From the NCBI GenBank assembly GCA_964016885.1, contig OZ024747.1, positions 32,302,001-32,366,000 of the forward strand: 64,000 nt of DNA. The letters are read 5' to 3'. This document shows positions 12,505 to 24,860 of the stretch, piece after piece. Each line of letters begins with the position of its first letter. Position 1 is the stretch's first letter. Under the pieces are notes generated by a model, which did no database searches, was not told the origin of the DNA, and saw only the letters and a list, made by a program, of their open reading frames with translations. Made by a program: the position numbers and the translations under genes. The stretch is from Eledone cirrhosa (taxonomy: Eukaryota).

Positions 12505-12712
12505 GATTATTTGGCAGAATTGTTACAGCACCATATATAATACTTTGTAGTATTTAGTTATAGCTCTTTACATACTGAGTTCAAACATTGCCGCAGTCAG
12601 TTTTGCCATTTATCCTTCTAAGGTTGATGAAATTAGATATCAATTAAGTACTAGAGTCGATTTAATCGACTTACCCTCTCCCAAAGTTCTGCAATTGTAC
12701 TTATGTTAGAAT
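12505..12712 (+). mobile_element. Degenerate SINE family B copy
   Basis: tggcagaattg...ctgagttcaaac...ttttgccatttatccttctaaggttgatgaaa. Confidence 0.6.
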
Positions 12713-12939
12713 TTATCATTAACACATTTTTATCATATTTCTAACACTGCTTGTTTCAATTTATTTTCAAAATAATCAAAAATTTGGAAGGATTTAATAA
12801 AATAAGATGGTGTTTGGAAAATTATTTAACATTTCCTAAATATAATTATGATGGAAGTTTTAATATTAAGTACAGACATTTTAAAATTGAGCCATTTTGT
12901 ATCACAATACAGGGCATTTTGGGTGGGTTAGAATGAAAA

Positions 12940-13140
12940 GTGAAAGCACATGACTTAGTTGTTAGAGAATTGGATTCACAACTGTGAGGGTGTGAGTACG
13001 ATTCTTGGACTGGGTGATGTTTTATGTCCCTTAGCATGACATCATTTCAGATTGCTTATTTCTGCCAGGAGTTGCAACAGGCAGATAATATCAGCAATGG
13101 AAAGATTAGTGGAAACATTGTTTCCTTGGTTCAATTTGAC
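12940..13140 (+). mobile_element. SINE family A copy
   Basis: gttagagaattggattcac... plus tail ggagttgcaac...ggaaacattgtttccttggttcaatttga, matching 10137-10341. Confidence 0.7.
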
Positions 13141-13656
13141 AAGTTCCAGCCCATTTGGTAAGCAAATGAGGTTTGGGATCTTGTTGATCAATTAAAAGAA
13201 AAAAAAAGTATCTAAAGTGTTAACTATATTTACTCTATAATTTTTTTGTTTTTTTTAATGAAGAAGAAAATCAATGACCATTATTTTATTCAACACTTCT
13301 GATTGGTGAGAGGAAGGGAAGTTATTTTCAGATCTGAGATCTGGGCTAAATACTTGCAACAGATCTGTTAAAGGCACCTACCCATACAAGAGCTAAATGA
13401 TGGTGTTAAACCAGTAACATACTAAGTCTGATCTTGATTTATTCTATTATCATTCTTCCATTGCCTTCATGATAAACATTCAGTTGATCAAACAACTGAA
13501 TATATAACTCATGAATTAAATTCATCATATATACAAGTGTATATACCATATATACTCGTATATACCGTATACACTTATATATATGATATATACTTGTATA
13601 TATGGTATATACTTGTATATATAGTATATACTCATATATACGGGGCATACTTATAT

Positions 13657-14652
13657 ATACCGTATATGCTTGTATATCCATGTATATACCATATATACTG
13701 AGAAATATGATACAAAAAAAAAAAATAAATAATAAAAAAAAAAAAAAAAAAAAAATAAAAATAAAAAAAAATAAATAAAAAATAAAAAAAAAAAAAAATA
13801 ATAAAAAAAAAAATAAATAAATAAAAAAAAAAATAAAAAAAAAAAATAAAAAAAATAAAAAATAATAATAAAAAAAAAATAATAAAAAAATAAAATAAAA
13901 TAAAAAATAAAAAATAAAAAATAAAAAATAAAAAATAAAAAATAAAAAATAAAAAATAAAAAATAAAAAATAAAAAATAAAAAATAAAAAATAAAAAATA
14001 AAAAATAAAAAATAAAAAATAAAAAATAAAAAATAAAAAATAAAAAATAAAAAATAAAATAAAGAAAAAAGAAAAAAGAAAAAAGAAAAAAGAAAAAAAG
14101 AAAAAAAAAGAAAAGAAAAAAGAAAAAAAGAAAAAAGAAAAAAGAAAAAAGAAAAAAGAAAAAAGAAAAAAGAAAAAAGAAAAAAGAAAAAAGAAAAAGT
14201 AATCGATGATAAAATGGGGGTTGACTTATATTTGAGGTCAATATTTCCCTGATTTTCTCTAACTTTGAAATTCTATGAAAATGAGGTGCTAAAATATTTT
14301 CACTTTGGTGGTGAATATTACAGCAGTTTCACTTTCGATGTGAAATTGTATTTCATATTGTTTTTGATATGTTTTGAATGACTATTGTCTTCAAAATAGT
14401 CAGAAATTAATAAAATAATCATAACGTAATGGAGTTGTGGAACAAAACCAATACTCTGAACAACACTTAAAACATTTTATATATGAAAAATATTAAAACT
14501 TCAATAATATATTCTCTACTCATGAGAATTTCAAAACTGCACCATTTAGATATATGTTAATTAGCTGCCTTGGCTTATAAATATGGTTAGGAATTTTGCC
14601 TATTTCTCAGACATAAAATAAGGGGTCAACTTATATTCAATTATATACAGTA
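13657..14652. mobile_element. Possible degenerate non-autonomous Tc1/mariner-superfamily (Tc2/pogo-like) element
   Basis: taccgtatatgcttgtata at about 13658 and tattcaattatatacagta ending at 14652 resemble a decayed TIR pair. The motif ggggt(t/c)(g/a)acttata occurs at about 14217 and 14622. Confidence 0.3.
13713..14198. repeat. A-rich low-complexity tract: (AAAAAAT)n switching to (AAAAAAG)n
   Basis: Direct reading; 7-bp periodicity with the T-to-G switch near 14060. Confidence 0.95.
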
Positions 14653-15109
14653 AATGGTTGAGTATTCAACACACATATACCTTTAATGTAATTACCAAGC
14701 CAAATCTGCTTGACACATAATTTGACAAAGCTAGATCTTTGAATTACAGGTAGAATCCAATCACCAACCTTTCATATATAAGTTCAGGGTCAACCCAAGA
14801 CTATGGTAAAGATACTTTTACAAAATCCACATCGTGGTATCAAACTCAGTATCTCAGAATTACGAAGTGAAATCCTTAACGACTCATCAATGCCTTCATC
14901 CACATTATCCTATAGAGTGTTGTTAATTTTAATTGATAATTATTAATTCTTAATTTGTTACATACTCATATACAGTAAGAGGATGGTGGATATATTGCTA
15001 GTTTTAATAAATTATTAGAAGTTAAATTATTTAATTGCTACTGATACTGAAATAGAACATGTCATTTATCTTATTTGATGGTTATCATTATGACATTCAC
15101 ATACAGACT

Positions 15110-15154
<45 letters not shown>

Positions 15155-15589
15155 ATACACATACACACACACACACATGATCTTTGGTGTTATTCAGTAA
15201 TATAGAAGACTCGCCCTCCCATATGCACAAGCTGAGGCATACATCTGGTATGCACCACCTTCCCTCCCATCACCCCTCCCATACACTATCCTTAATGTAA
15301 TCACCCCACCCCTATATCTACCTTCCCAATCCACACCATAATGTAGTATTTGGAGCCAAAACAATTTTATATAAATTCAAATTGGGGAAAGCAAGATCAA
15401 ATTATTTACCTTCTTACTACAAAGATCCGGAATGAAGTTTTGCCCTGTAAGATGAATTTAGGATAATCTAATAAGTTAGAATATCGAAAATTAAGAGAAC
15501 ATCAACTCATCAGGGATCTTCTCACAACAGGAGATATCTTCAAGAGGATGCTACATATGAATTTTTTCAAAAGGGGAAATTGTCCTGTA

Positions 15590-15716
15590 GTAGGCAGTTG
15601 GTACGAAGGGTAACATGGACAGTTAGTATGAAGGATAGTAATAGATAGACAGTTGATATGAAGGGTAGTGATAGATGGACAGTCAGCATGAAAGCTAATA
15701 ATAGATGGCCAGCCAG
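15590..15716. repeat. Degenerate 30-bp minisatellite (about 4 copies)
   Basis: ggacagttagtatgaaggatagtaatagat / agacagttgatatgaagggtagtgatagat / ggacagtcagcatgaaagctaataatagat. Confidence 0.75.
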
Positions 15717-16561
15717 CAAATACGAAAGATTGCTCACCTTCCAGCCTAGTTTTACTCAACTATAAGGGAACATAGAACAATATGTTAATGATGATGATAA
15801 GTAAAACATTGTTATTTTAGTTATTAGCACAAGGGCAAGAAAGTGATAAAAACCTTGAAGCAACAGAAAAACTGCCTTATGATATTGGCTTTTAATGTTC
15901 TGAGTATTGAATTTGACAGACTTGTTACATCATTGCACTGCAGTATTTCTTTTAAAGTCTTCACATTGTAAGCACCTAGTCAGGTGTGGCAAGATGATAG
16001 CTCATCAAAAAATACCTGAAGGAAGACAACAAACCACCTTTGTTTTCTTTGCTACCTGAAGACAGAAAAAAAAGAAAATTTCCAATGATAGGTTTTGTTT
16101 AATCATCATGCTGAGATTTATCTGCCAGTAGTTAATTCATGCTAGTGATAATAACTAATGAAACACAAATTAGATTTTGATAGCTGCTGCTTAAAAAAGG
16201 GGAAGGACATTATATCTAGAACTAAATTATCCAGTAGCTGAAGAAAAAGATGTACATGTTCAGTCCTGAATTTGAACCTTAACAGGCTAGAAGTAAGAAT
16301 TTTAGGGTGTTTGTGTGAATTATATATCCCAGGTATATAAGCAATAACTGACTTCAATCTGAACTATACTTTATAGACCAGAAAGAAGAACCTTCTTCTT
16401 TGAAGTACAGTTATTACATCTTCCAAAGAAGTGTAATAGCTAATGGAGGAAGGATTATTGTCTTAAGATAGCTCCAGTTAATTCTGGGCTGACGTATAGT
16501 ATGAAGTTAGCTGGTCAAAAAAACAATTAATCAGACTTTTTATCCAACCTGATCAACATGA

Positions 16562-16758
16562 GGAAGGCTACCTAAAACTTGAGAATATAAAATATCTTTG
16601 TTGAAAATTATATTGTTGGCTGATACACTAACCTTTTAGCCAACATGATTTTGTTGGGGGAAGGCTACCTAAAACTTGAGAATATAAAATACATTAATAG
16701 GAAATATCTTAAAGTTAGTAGGGAGTTTGTTGAAAATAATACTGTTGGCTGATACACA
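16562..16758. repeat. Local direct duplication
   Basis: ggaaggctacctaaaacttgagaatataaaata and tgttggctgatacac each occur twice in the same order. Confidence 0.8.
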
Positions 16759-17674
16759 GAACAAGTCGACTGACTCCTTAAAAGCTTTTAAATTGTTATT
16801 TTGTCAGCAGTGAAGCAGACTTGAAAGCATCTATAATGCATTTTGGTTTATGTGTGTGGAAACTATAATCTCTCTGCATTACTGGCTGGCATATCTCTCA
16901 ATTTAGTTCTGTAGATTCTCTGCTTTCCATCTACAGAATATTAAATTTATAAGACGCAGCTGCATTGACTTACAAGTTATGAAACGTCTGTATTCATAAA
17001 CAATAGAATGACAAGCAGCTTTTTGCACCAGTGAGCCAACTAAATTAAATATATTAAAGCTGACAGGTTCAATTAGAATGGGCCCTTAAGTGACCATTGC
17101 ATCTGCCTTGATGTAATGGGATTTATTGACCTCAGCTCTCTTCTTCAACAGCAACTTGAATTGCATGGCAAACTAAGATTTTATGAAACTGAGAAAACTT
17201 AAAATTACAAATACTTATTGAAAACTTCCATCATTTTACACACATATACACATATGCACAAACAGCAAGCACACAAACAGCAAATACAGACAAACACACA
17301 CACACAAACAGCAAACACTCACACATACAGACATATACTCATGTCTTCTCGCTCGCCTTTTCTCTGTCACATAAAGAAGCATTTAACATACATATATATG
17401 CACAGATGATCTCAAGTATGTGCATACATGTACATTTCCATAAATACATGCCATGGCCTGTAGTTAAGAGTGGGTGAACATACAGTAGTAAGCCCCAAAT
17501 AATTTATGAAGCAAAGCAAGGTAGAGAACTTCCTAATTTAAAATGATTAAATATCTATATAGTGGTAAGAAATTTTCAGGAAAGCTGGACAACAGAAGGT
17601 CTCCGAAAAGAAAAAAACCCTCAAGAAAGTGTTTTGGCCCTTAACTAAATTTCTGTTTTTGATGTTATTGTTGT

Positions 17675-17900
17675 GAAGGTGTATGGCTTAGTGTTTAAGG
17701 CATTGAACCAGGTGGCATGTTGTCTTCTTGAGCACTTCGTTTCACATTACTCCAGTCTAATCAACTGATAATGAGTACCAGCAATAGGTGGAGGGGGTTA
17801 ACCCTGTGATGGATTGGTGTCCTGTCCAAGAGAAAGTCTTGCACACTTAGACACTTAACACTATTGAAAGCAGGATAAGAACCAGCCTGATAAATCTCTG
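17675..17900 (+). mobile_element. SINE family A-related copy (alternative tail)
   Basis: gaaggtgtatggcttagtg...cttgagcac..tttcacattactcc. The tail atgagtaccagcaatag...ggtgtcctgtcc is shared with 19985-20250(-). Confidence 0.65.
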
Positions 17901-17937
17901 GGTTTGGAAGCAACTTTGATTTTAACTTAATTATTGT

Positions 17938-18470
17938 GGTTTCTGATTTAGGCAGAAGGCCAACAATTTTAGGGGAGGGGAAGTTGATTAAATCAACCCC
18001 AGTGTGTTGTAGGTGCTTTATTTTATCTAGCCAATAAGGATGAAAGGCAAAGCTATCTGGTATATAATAATTATTTCTACTTTTGGCACCAGGCCAGCAA
18101 TTATTCCAGTGCATTACTGGTACTTTATTTTATCGACCCCGTAAGGATGAAAGGCAAAGTTAACCTCGGCGGGATTTGAACTCAGATCATAAAGGGAGGT
18201 AACTCTATGCTTCAAAGAATGGCGCCCGACCCTCTACCAATACTGCCAATCCACCGCAATCTGGTATATAATAATGGTTTCTTATTTAGGCACAAGATCA
18301 ACAATTTTGGGGGAGGGGAAAGTCAATTAAATTGATTCCAGTACATTGCTGGTGCTTTATTTTATCAACCCTGAAGGGATGAAAGGCAAAACTAATGTTA
18401 GAGTGTAAAGGTTCATAACTCTATGCTGCAAAGCATGTTGTCCAAAGTTCTACGAATACTGCTAATCTAA
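17938..18470 (-). mobile_element. Three tandem SINE family B copies (best preserved at 18073-18258)
   Basis: Repeated ttttatcgaccccgtaaggatgaaaggcaaag...ggatttgaactcaga. Confidence 0.8.
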
Positions 18471-19984
18471 CACTCTTTATGTAGTTTACAGACAAAATGA
18501 AAAAAAGGATTTTTGTATTACTAATATATGTCTAGAAAATTCATATATTTCACTGGATACTCTATGGCAAATATCAATATCATGAAATCAACAATGAAAG
18601 CAATAAAAATGGTGGTAGTTAATAATGGTGATGATGAGGGGGATTACACTGCATTACCTACAATTATAGGAGTCAAATCTACCTCAATTTACACTCTTAA
18701 TAAATGGTGAAATACATTGAAAAATATGTTCCAAGACAGAGCAAAAGATGGAATTGTCTAGACTGGATTATCTTTTATCATAGGTCTGCTTTGATTGTTG
18801 GTGTTTAGTTACAAGTAGAAAAAGAAAGCAGCATTGGAAAGGACTATAATTGTCATAAATAAGAGCAAGGACTACTGGACAAAGGAAGAAAGAAAAGGGG
18901 AAAGACTCTTTATCTAGAGCAGTGTTTCAGCTGCACCCCATGGAAAATGGCAAAGGAATAATAAGTTATATTTGGGCAAGTAGAGATATGAACAAAGGCA
19001 TTCCAGCATTACATATTGCATTATTTTTCCAGACATATTTCTAGCTGCTCTTTTTAGGTCAAGTAACCAGGTAGAAGTTCCTTTCTTGGTCAGATATCCC
19101 TCATATCCTTAGTAGCTTCAATAAATGTTACATATATCTAACTTTAAATCATTAACACCACTCACAGAGTTTCAAAGATATATGAAGAATTTGTTGAAGT
19201 TATTATATTATTGCTAAAAACACTCCAACTATTTAATATTCTTTGAATATATCTATTTTTCAAAACCATGCAAAAAAAAGAAAATGAAAATTGAAAGTTT
19301 TGAACAGATATTTTAGTGTCATTTGTTTTATGTTGAGACTTTTATTTATTTTGAGACTCTTATTTATTTTGAGCGTTTTGCTGCCTTTTATTTATTTTGA
19401 GCGTTTTGCTGCCTTTTTTATTCTTGAGTCTGTCTTTCCTTGTTAATGGAAGTTTCAGATTGATGGCATTGTATGATTCTGAATTTAAAGTGACTTGTGC
19501 CCTTCATAATGCCTGAGTATAAATTGCTTGGGCACATTCTATTCACTTAAGGGAACTCAAAACACAAAATATAATAATTTTATTTATATATCTGCTTGTG
19601 ACCTCTGAGGTGTGATGGAAAGTAGGAACCATAGTTCTGTAGAGAATTGGTAGGTCTATCTTGATTTTAGCTCCAGAGATTCTGGTGTTGAAATCCAGGA
19701 CTTGGCAATGGCAATGAACGGCAGACCCATATGGAGATCAATTGCTGAGTCGATTTCGGCTGAGGCAGTTGGATGATGATGATGATGATAATCCTTGGAT
19801 GATGCCATATGACATCAGGGATTCCATTGCACTATCAATCTTGGTTTTCATGTGTAAGTTATGGCCAGATATCCTTGTATTATATCCACTTTTGGCTGGA
19901 TGGAATTTGTGATGTGTCCAAAACACTGTACTCATAGTATGTCTAAAAAAATAAAAGGAAAAGAGTCTAAAGTCTGTCTCAAGC

Positions 19985-20250
19985 CCAAAGGCTCACGAGG
20001 CTGATTCTTGTCCTAGTTTCCATGGTGTTAAGCAACTGAGAGTATATGACTACCCCCTGGACAGGACACCAGTCTATCGCAGAGTTAAACCTCCAGCTAT
20101 TGCTGGTACTCATCTTTTCAGCTGAGTATACTGGAGCAGTGTGAAATGAAGTGTTTTGCTCAAGAACAAAATATACAATCCAGTCCAGGAATCAAATCCA
20201 CGACATTATGATCCTAAGTTCAACACACTTAACATTAAGCCACATACCTT
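19985..20250 (-). mobile_element. SINE family A-related copy
   Basis: Reverse complement of the head, core and tail seen at 17675-17900. Confidence 0.65.
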
Positions 20251-20889
20251 CACTTTTTATGTGATAATTGATTGGTCTATTCCCAGCATTTTTCTGATTA
20301 CTTTGTTCTTGATCCTGTCTCATCTGGTCTTGCTGACAGATTTTCTCAGACAATACATCCCAGATGCTGTGACTTTGTACTATAGAGGATTAGTCAGGGT
20401 CAATATGAAGTATTGTAGCAGTATAAAAATGAAGTTGAATAGATCAGCTTAACTTGAGGTTTCATTGGGATGTTAGGATGTTTTGAGAGTGGCATAATCT
20501 GAGTGGCATAATCTTCTGCAAGCAAGCTGACCCAGAGTCTACTTCAGTTGACATAATTAAAGGCAGTAACAAAGTGTGTGTGCACACAAACACATTTTCT
20601 ATTCATGTAAAAATATTTTTCAGTTTCTAAATTGTAAAACATTAAAACCCTTTTCATACCATATCATTATTTAAACTAGTATACTTAATCGTTGAATATA
20701 TATATATATATATGGTATGGTATGGACCTGTAACTGCTGAGGAGTCATAGGGGTGACATATTGACACAAAACATTTTTAGGGCATTTTTTTAAAGCCTGA
20801 TAGAACCCATCTACTCCCCAGGCCTGAATATAGTACATTTCTTCAGGTAGAGAGAGTGAGAGAAAGGAAGTGAGAACGAGATATTGAGA

Positions 20890-21148
20890 AAGAATCAACC
20901 CCAGTACTTGACTGGTACTATTTTTATCGAACATAAAGTTGACCTCAGCGGGATTTGAACCCAGAGAGCAGAGAGCTGACGTTCTAATGACTCTGCCAAT
21001 TTGCACATCATATATACAACCGAAAATACAACTGAAAATGATTAGATATATTTGTTTAATGCATGGTATGGTATGAAAAGGGGACATTATATATATAAGT
21101 ACCAGTAATGCACTGGGTAATTGCTGGCCTTGTGCCTAAAGTAGAAAC
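20890..21148. mobile_element. SINE family B fragments (20890-21000 minus; 21095-21148 plus)
   Basis: gttgacctcagcgggatttgaac; aagtaccagtaatgcactgggtaattgctggccttgtgcctaaagtagaaac. Confidence 0.7.
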
Positions 21149-21629
21149 AATTATATATATAAGTATGTGTATGTGCAAGTATGTATGTTTGTATATAACT
21201 GAATGTGCATGCAAAACAAAAATGGGTCTGAAAAGTCACCTGTGGTCCGATGATCATGCAATGATCATGCAATGTTCATTGAAGGGATGGCACTCTTCTG
21301 ATAAGAAGTAGCAATCAACATGTGTATATGTATATATGTTTTTCTGGTTTTATAATTTCACAAATTGTTGCCAATATAGAGAGAGTCGGTTTCTAACATA
21401 GATAAAAGACTCTCTCATTGGAATTTACACAACATCAACTAGGTAGATATGTCTGCATGCATGTATGTGTGTGCAGGTATGGATGTTATTTCATGTGTGG
21501 ATGTGTATGTTTTGAGTTGTATGTGTGCATGTGCATATGCTTAGTATCTGTACATGTGTATATGCAGTTATTAGATGTAGAATTGTTGAAATGTTTTACA
21601 TATTTTTACTGTTCTATTAATGGTTATAC

Positions 21630-22310
21630 TTATAATTTCCTAACTAGTTGTGTTCTTTCTGTTCCTGTGAAGCTCAGCTTCTCAAGATTTGCACAGAGGC
21701 AGTTACTAACATATCCCAGAGCCCCAATAATCACAGGCATAAATCTGAAGGTGTAATCAGGGTTGAGTATCTGTAGATTTCTCATTAGTTCTGCATAAAT
21801 ATTCTCCTTTTCACTAATCTTTGATATTATATTGGCATCTACTGGGCAGCTAACTTCCACTACTGTGCAGGCCTTCTTTTCCCTGTACCATATCATAATA
21901 TCTGGTCTGTTATGCCTGCATTTTATTGGGGGTTTTACTGGAATATTCCACTAGTACGCTTTTATATTATGTATATGCATGTCTTCCACATTGCTGTGGT
22001 TTTATTGTGTTTATTGTCGGGGCTATCTTTAATATGGATTGCATTGTACAGTGTTTTGGCTACCACACCATGCCTCATAGGTAGATAGAACTGTGATGAC
22101 ATATTTGGACAGCTGCTTATGACATGGGTGACATTTTCGATGTTAATTCTGCAGAGTATGCACTTGTTGTCACATCTAGGTGTTTTGCCTGCATCCCTAT
22201 CTCTTATGTGAATCAGGTATTTTGTGTTGTTTTCCTGTTCTTGGATTGCAAAAGCATATCCTTCAAAGTGGGAGCCAATATAGCAGTTGTTGTTCCAAAA
22301 TAGAGTAGAA
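21630..22310 (-). mobile_element. 3' fragment of an RLE-type non-LTR retrotransposon (R4/Dong-like), decayed
   Basis: AIQEQ, CCHC knuckle CILC...H....C, MRH..VA, then HNRPDI...VEVSCP...EK..Y..L and PVIIGALG (PD-(D/E)xK restriction-like endonuclease). Interrupted by stops near 21950-21965. Confidence 0.85.
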
Positions 22311-22322
22311 TGTATGTATGTT

Positions 22323-22325
<3 letters not shown>

Positions 22326-22414
<89 letters not shown>

Positions 22415-22427
22415 TATATATATATAG
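22326..22427. repeat. (TA)n microsatellite
   Basis: Direct reading. Confidence 0.97.
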
Positions 22428-23140
22428 TGGTAGAACACTGGAAGGTAATATCCGTAGTGGTAGACCACTCAGTCCATGGGACGAGTTAGGTAGAAGTGGT
22501 TACACAACAGTTAGTTCACCATACCGAGAACAATTGTTTCACCTTAGCGGATCCTCAGCTCGTAATGGACATGGTTATACGGAACAGGAAGGACAACCGT
22601 ACGAACGCACGTGCACAGAAGCAATCACTTCACACAGGCAATACTAAATTGCGTGCGAGAGGTGTAAGGGAGATAACTGCGAAAGTCTGAAAGTTTCGAG
22701 TTGATAGGAAAATTAGGATGTTGTAATTCAATCCGGAGCTTTGTAGTTATGTAAAAGGTGTTTCCAGACGTGTGGATAACGTGTGAAGAATTCATTTCTC
22801 GTGTTTATGCAATCACTATTGCGTAATCTCTTTAGAATATTTATTCGTTCATCAATACATAGTCCACACGACGGATTGCCCCTTGCGTATGGCTTGGACT
22901 TAGTGATGAGGGACCATATCTGGCTCGCGAGTTTCGTGGATGAACGTCTGTCCGGGTACCTAAAGGTCGACTGCTGGTTCAGGAAGCGTTCCTTAAATCG
23001 GCCCTCCACCACACCCACATAAGATTTGACCTCCTGTGGTTGATTTGGTCGGTTGGAAGTGACCACGGCTTCATAAACTACAGCGGGTGTGTTGCATTGC
23101 TGTTGAAGGGGACAAGCTTCGGGCTTACGGCAGTTTCAAG
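22428..23140 (-). mobile_element. 5'-truncated Naiad PLE (GIY-YIG fragment 23138-22728 plus 3' region with hammerhead)
   Basis: *NCRKPEACPLQQQC..VVY...YVG...FKERF....STKLASQIW..CGLC..E...NTRNE. Abuts (TA)n. Confidence 0.85.
22519..22568 (-). ncRNA. Minimal type I hammerhead ribozyme downstream of a Naiad ORF
   Basis: Minus strand: ccattacgag-CTGAGGA-tccgctaaggt-GAAAC-aatt-GTT-ctcggtatgg. Stem I is cgag/ctcg plus ccat/atgg; stem III is the palindrome ACAATTGT. It lies about 160 nt 3' of the stop at 22728. Confidence 0.85.
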
Positions 23141-23204
23141 CATTGTATTCAAGTTATGTTTTCGATAAACATTGAATAAGATATGCTTTCATCTATTAGG
23201 TCCC

Positions 23205-23276
23205 ATACGGGGTCGATAAAATAAAGTACCTGTAATACACTGGGTATTTGCTGGCCTTGTGCCAAACGTAGAAACG
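23205..23276 (+). mobile_element. SINE family B 3' fragment
   Basis: tacggggtcgataaaataaagtacc...ggccttgtgccaaacgtagaaac. Confidence 0.75.
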
Positions 23277-23304
23277 ATTATTTATATTGTAAACTTAGAT
23301 AAGA

Positions 23305-23800
23305 TTTCAAAGCACCATATAAATGGTTAAATTGGTTAAAGATAATTTATAAAGATTATGAAAAGTCTTGGAAAATCTATGCAAACAAGAATTAAATATC
23401 TCTTTTTTTTTTGTTAATAATATTTCCAGGATTGGTAATTATATGAAAGATTTCTTCTGTACAAAGGTATCAAATTTTGGAAGTTGAAGAATTTTTGTAT
23501 CCGGGAGCGTACCTGATTTTATTCCAAGAGATTGAATAATCAGTGTTATTTTCTTTTAAAGACCAAATTAGTGGTGACAGTGAAGTTGAGAATATCTTAT
23601 CAGAGCGTTCAAAAGTATTTTTGTGATTATTACACCGTTCCTTAAATTTTGATGAAGTGGCCCCTATATAATTATACAGTTTATATTTAGTTTTAATGGT
23701 GCATTTATATACTAAATTTCTATCTAAGCAATTATTCTCTAGTGGGCAAGAGATATTATTCCTGCAATTACATTTTCTTATATTGTTACTTGAAGATATA
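23305..23800 (-). mobile_element. Second, divergent Naiad GIY-YIG fragment (decayed)
   Basis: CNCRNNISCPLENNCL..LVY...YIG....FKER...STSLS..IW..W...KI*YLCTEE...; a +1 frameshift in an A10 run precedes EIFNSCLHRF. Confidence 0.85.
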
Positions 23801-23817
23801 TTCAGGTATACGATATA

Positions 23818-23948
23818 GAGTGGTGGATTGGCAGTATCGGTAGAGGGTCTGACGTCATGCTTTGCAACAAAGAGAGACGGCCCTTTGTGGTCTGAGTTCA
23901 AATCCTGCTGAGGTTAACTTTGCCTTTCATCCTTATGGGGTCGATAAA
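23818..23948 (+). mobile_element. SINE family B copy, 3'-truncated
   Basis: ggtggattggcagtatcggtagagggtc...ctgagttcaaatcc...gcctttcatccttatggggtcgataaa. Confidence 0.8.
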
Positions 23949-24039
23949 GTGGAGAAGAAATGGAGGTAGGCCTTGGGGAGATCTCGGTCGAGAGAACGGA
24001 TTTGGGCGAGAGTTGATCGAATGGTCACCCGCACAAGCT

Positions 24040-24860
24040 GGCGAGAGGAACGGCTCACTTTTATACCAACCACATCTACCTGCGACGTGTTCCGCACACG
24101 TGCCGAGATTGAAGGGTTCTTCCGTCGATTAAAACTGAAAACTATTTTTTCATGACACGCCATCATCGAGACAGATCGATGACTTCACTCGTCTCAGTCG
24201 CCGACAATCACATTGGACGCCGAGCTCTGGCCAGTGCAGAACCCTCGGCTCCTTTGTCGATACTTGCCGGCATACTGTGAATCGGTTCCATTTCCACCCG
24301 CATTCTCGTCAATCTAACATCACGCGGACTGAGCTCTCCGCTCTTCGCAACCTTCGGTGTCACGATGACATTGTCCTCAAACTCGCTGACAAAGGTGGCG
24401 CCATGGTGGTTTGGATCATTGACCTATATAGGGCTGAGGCACTCCACCAGCTTCACGATACCCTTTTTTACCACCCTTTATCCCCCGACCCCACTCCTGA
24501 CTACCAACAATTCGTGTCCTCCACCATCCACCAACTCATCTCCTCCTCTTTACTACTCACCCACAGCCACCAACCTTATTGTACGCACCCCTCGCACACC
24601 CACCATCTACTTCCTCCCCAAAATACACAAACAATATAATCCCGGCCGTCCTATCTTTTTCGTGTGCAACTGCCCCACCGAGATATTTTCTGAATATTTA
24701 GACACCATCCTCGCCCCGTTAGTCGTCAATCTCCCCTCCCACATCCACGATTCCAATCATGTCCTTAGACTCTTCAACTCCTTCTCCTTCCATCCTAGTC
24801 CCTCTCGCCTTCTCTTTACTCTGGGCATCACCTTTCTCTATACCGTCATCCCCCATGAGA
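24040..24860 (+). mobile_element. Frameshifted N-terminal RT fragment of a Neptune/Poseidon-type PLE
   Basis: LTFIP, FFRRLKLK, SNIT..E..AL..L, LADKGGAMVV, YFLPKIHK..NPGRPI, CPTE..SEYLD..L, LFTLGITFLYTVIPH, spread over three frames. Confidence 0.85.
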
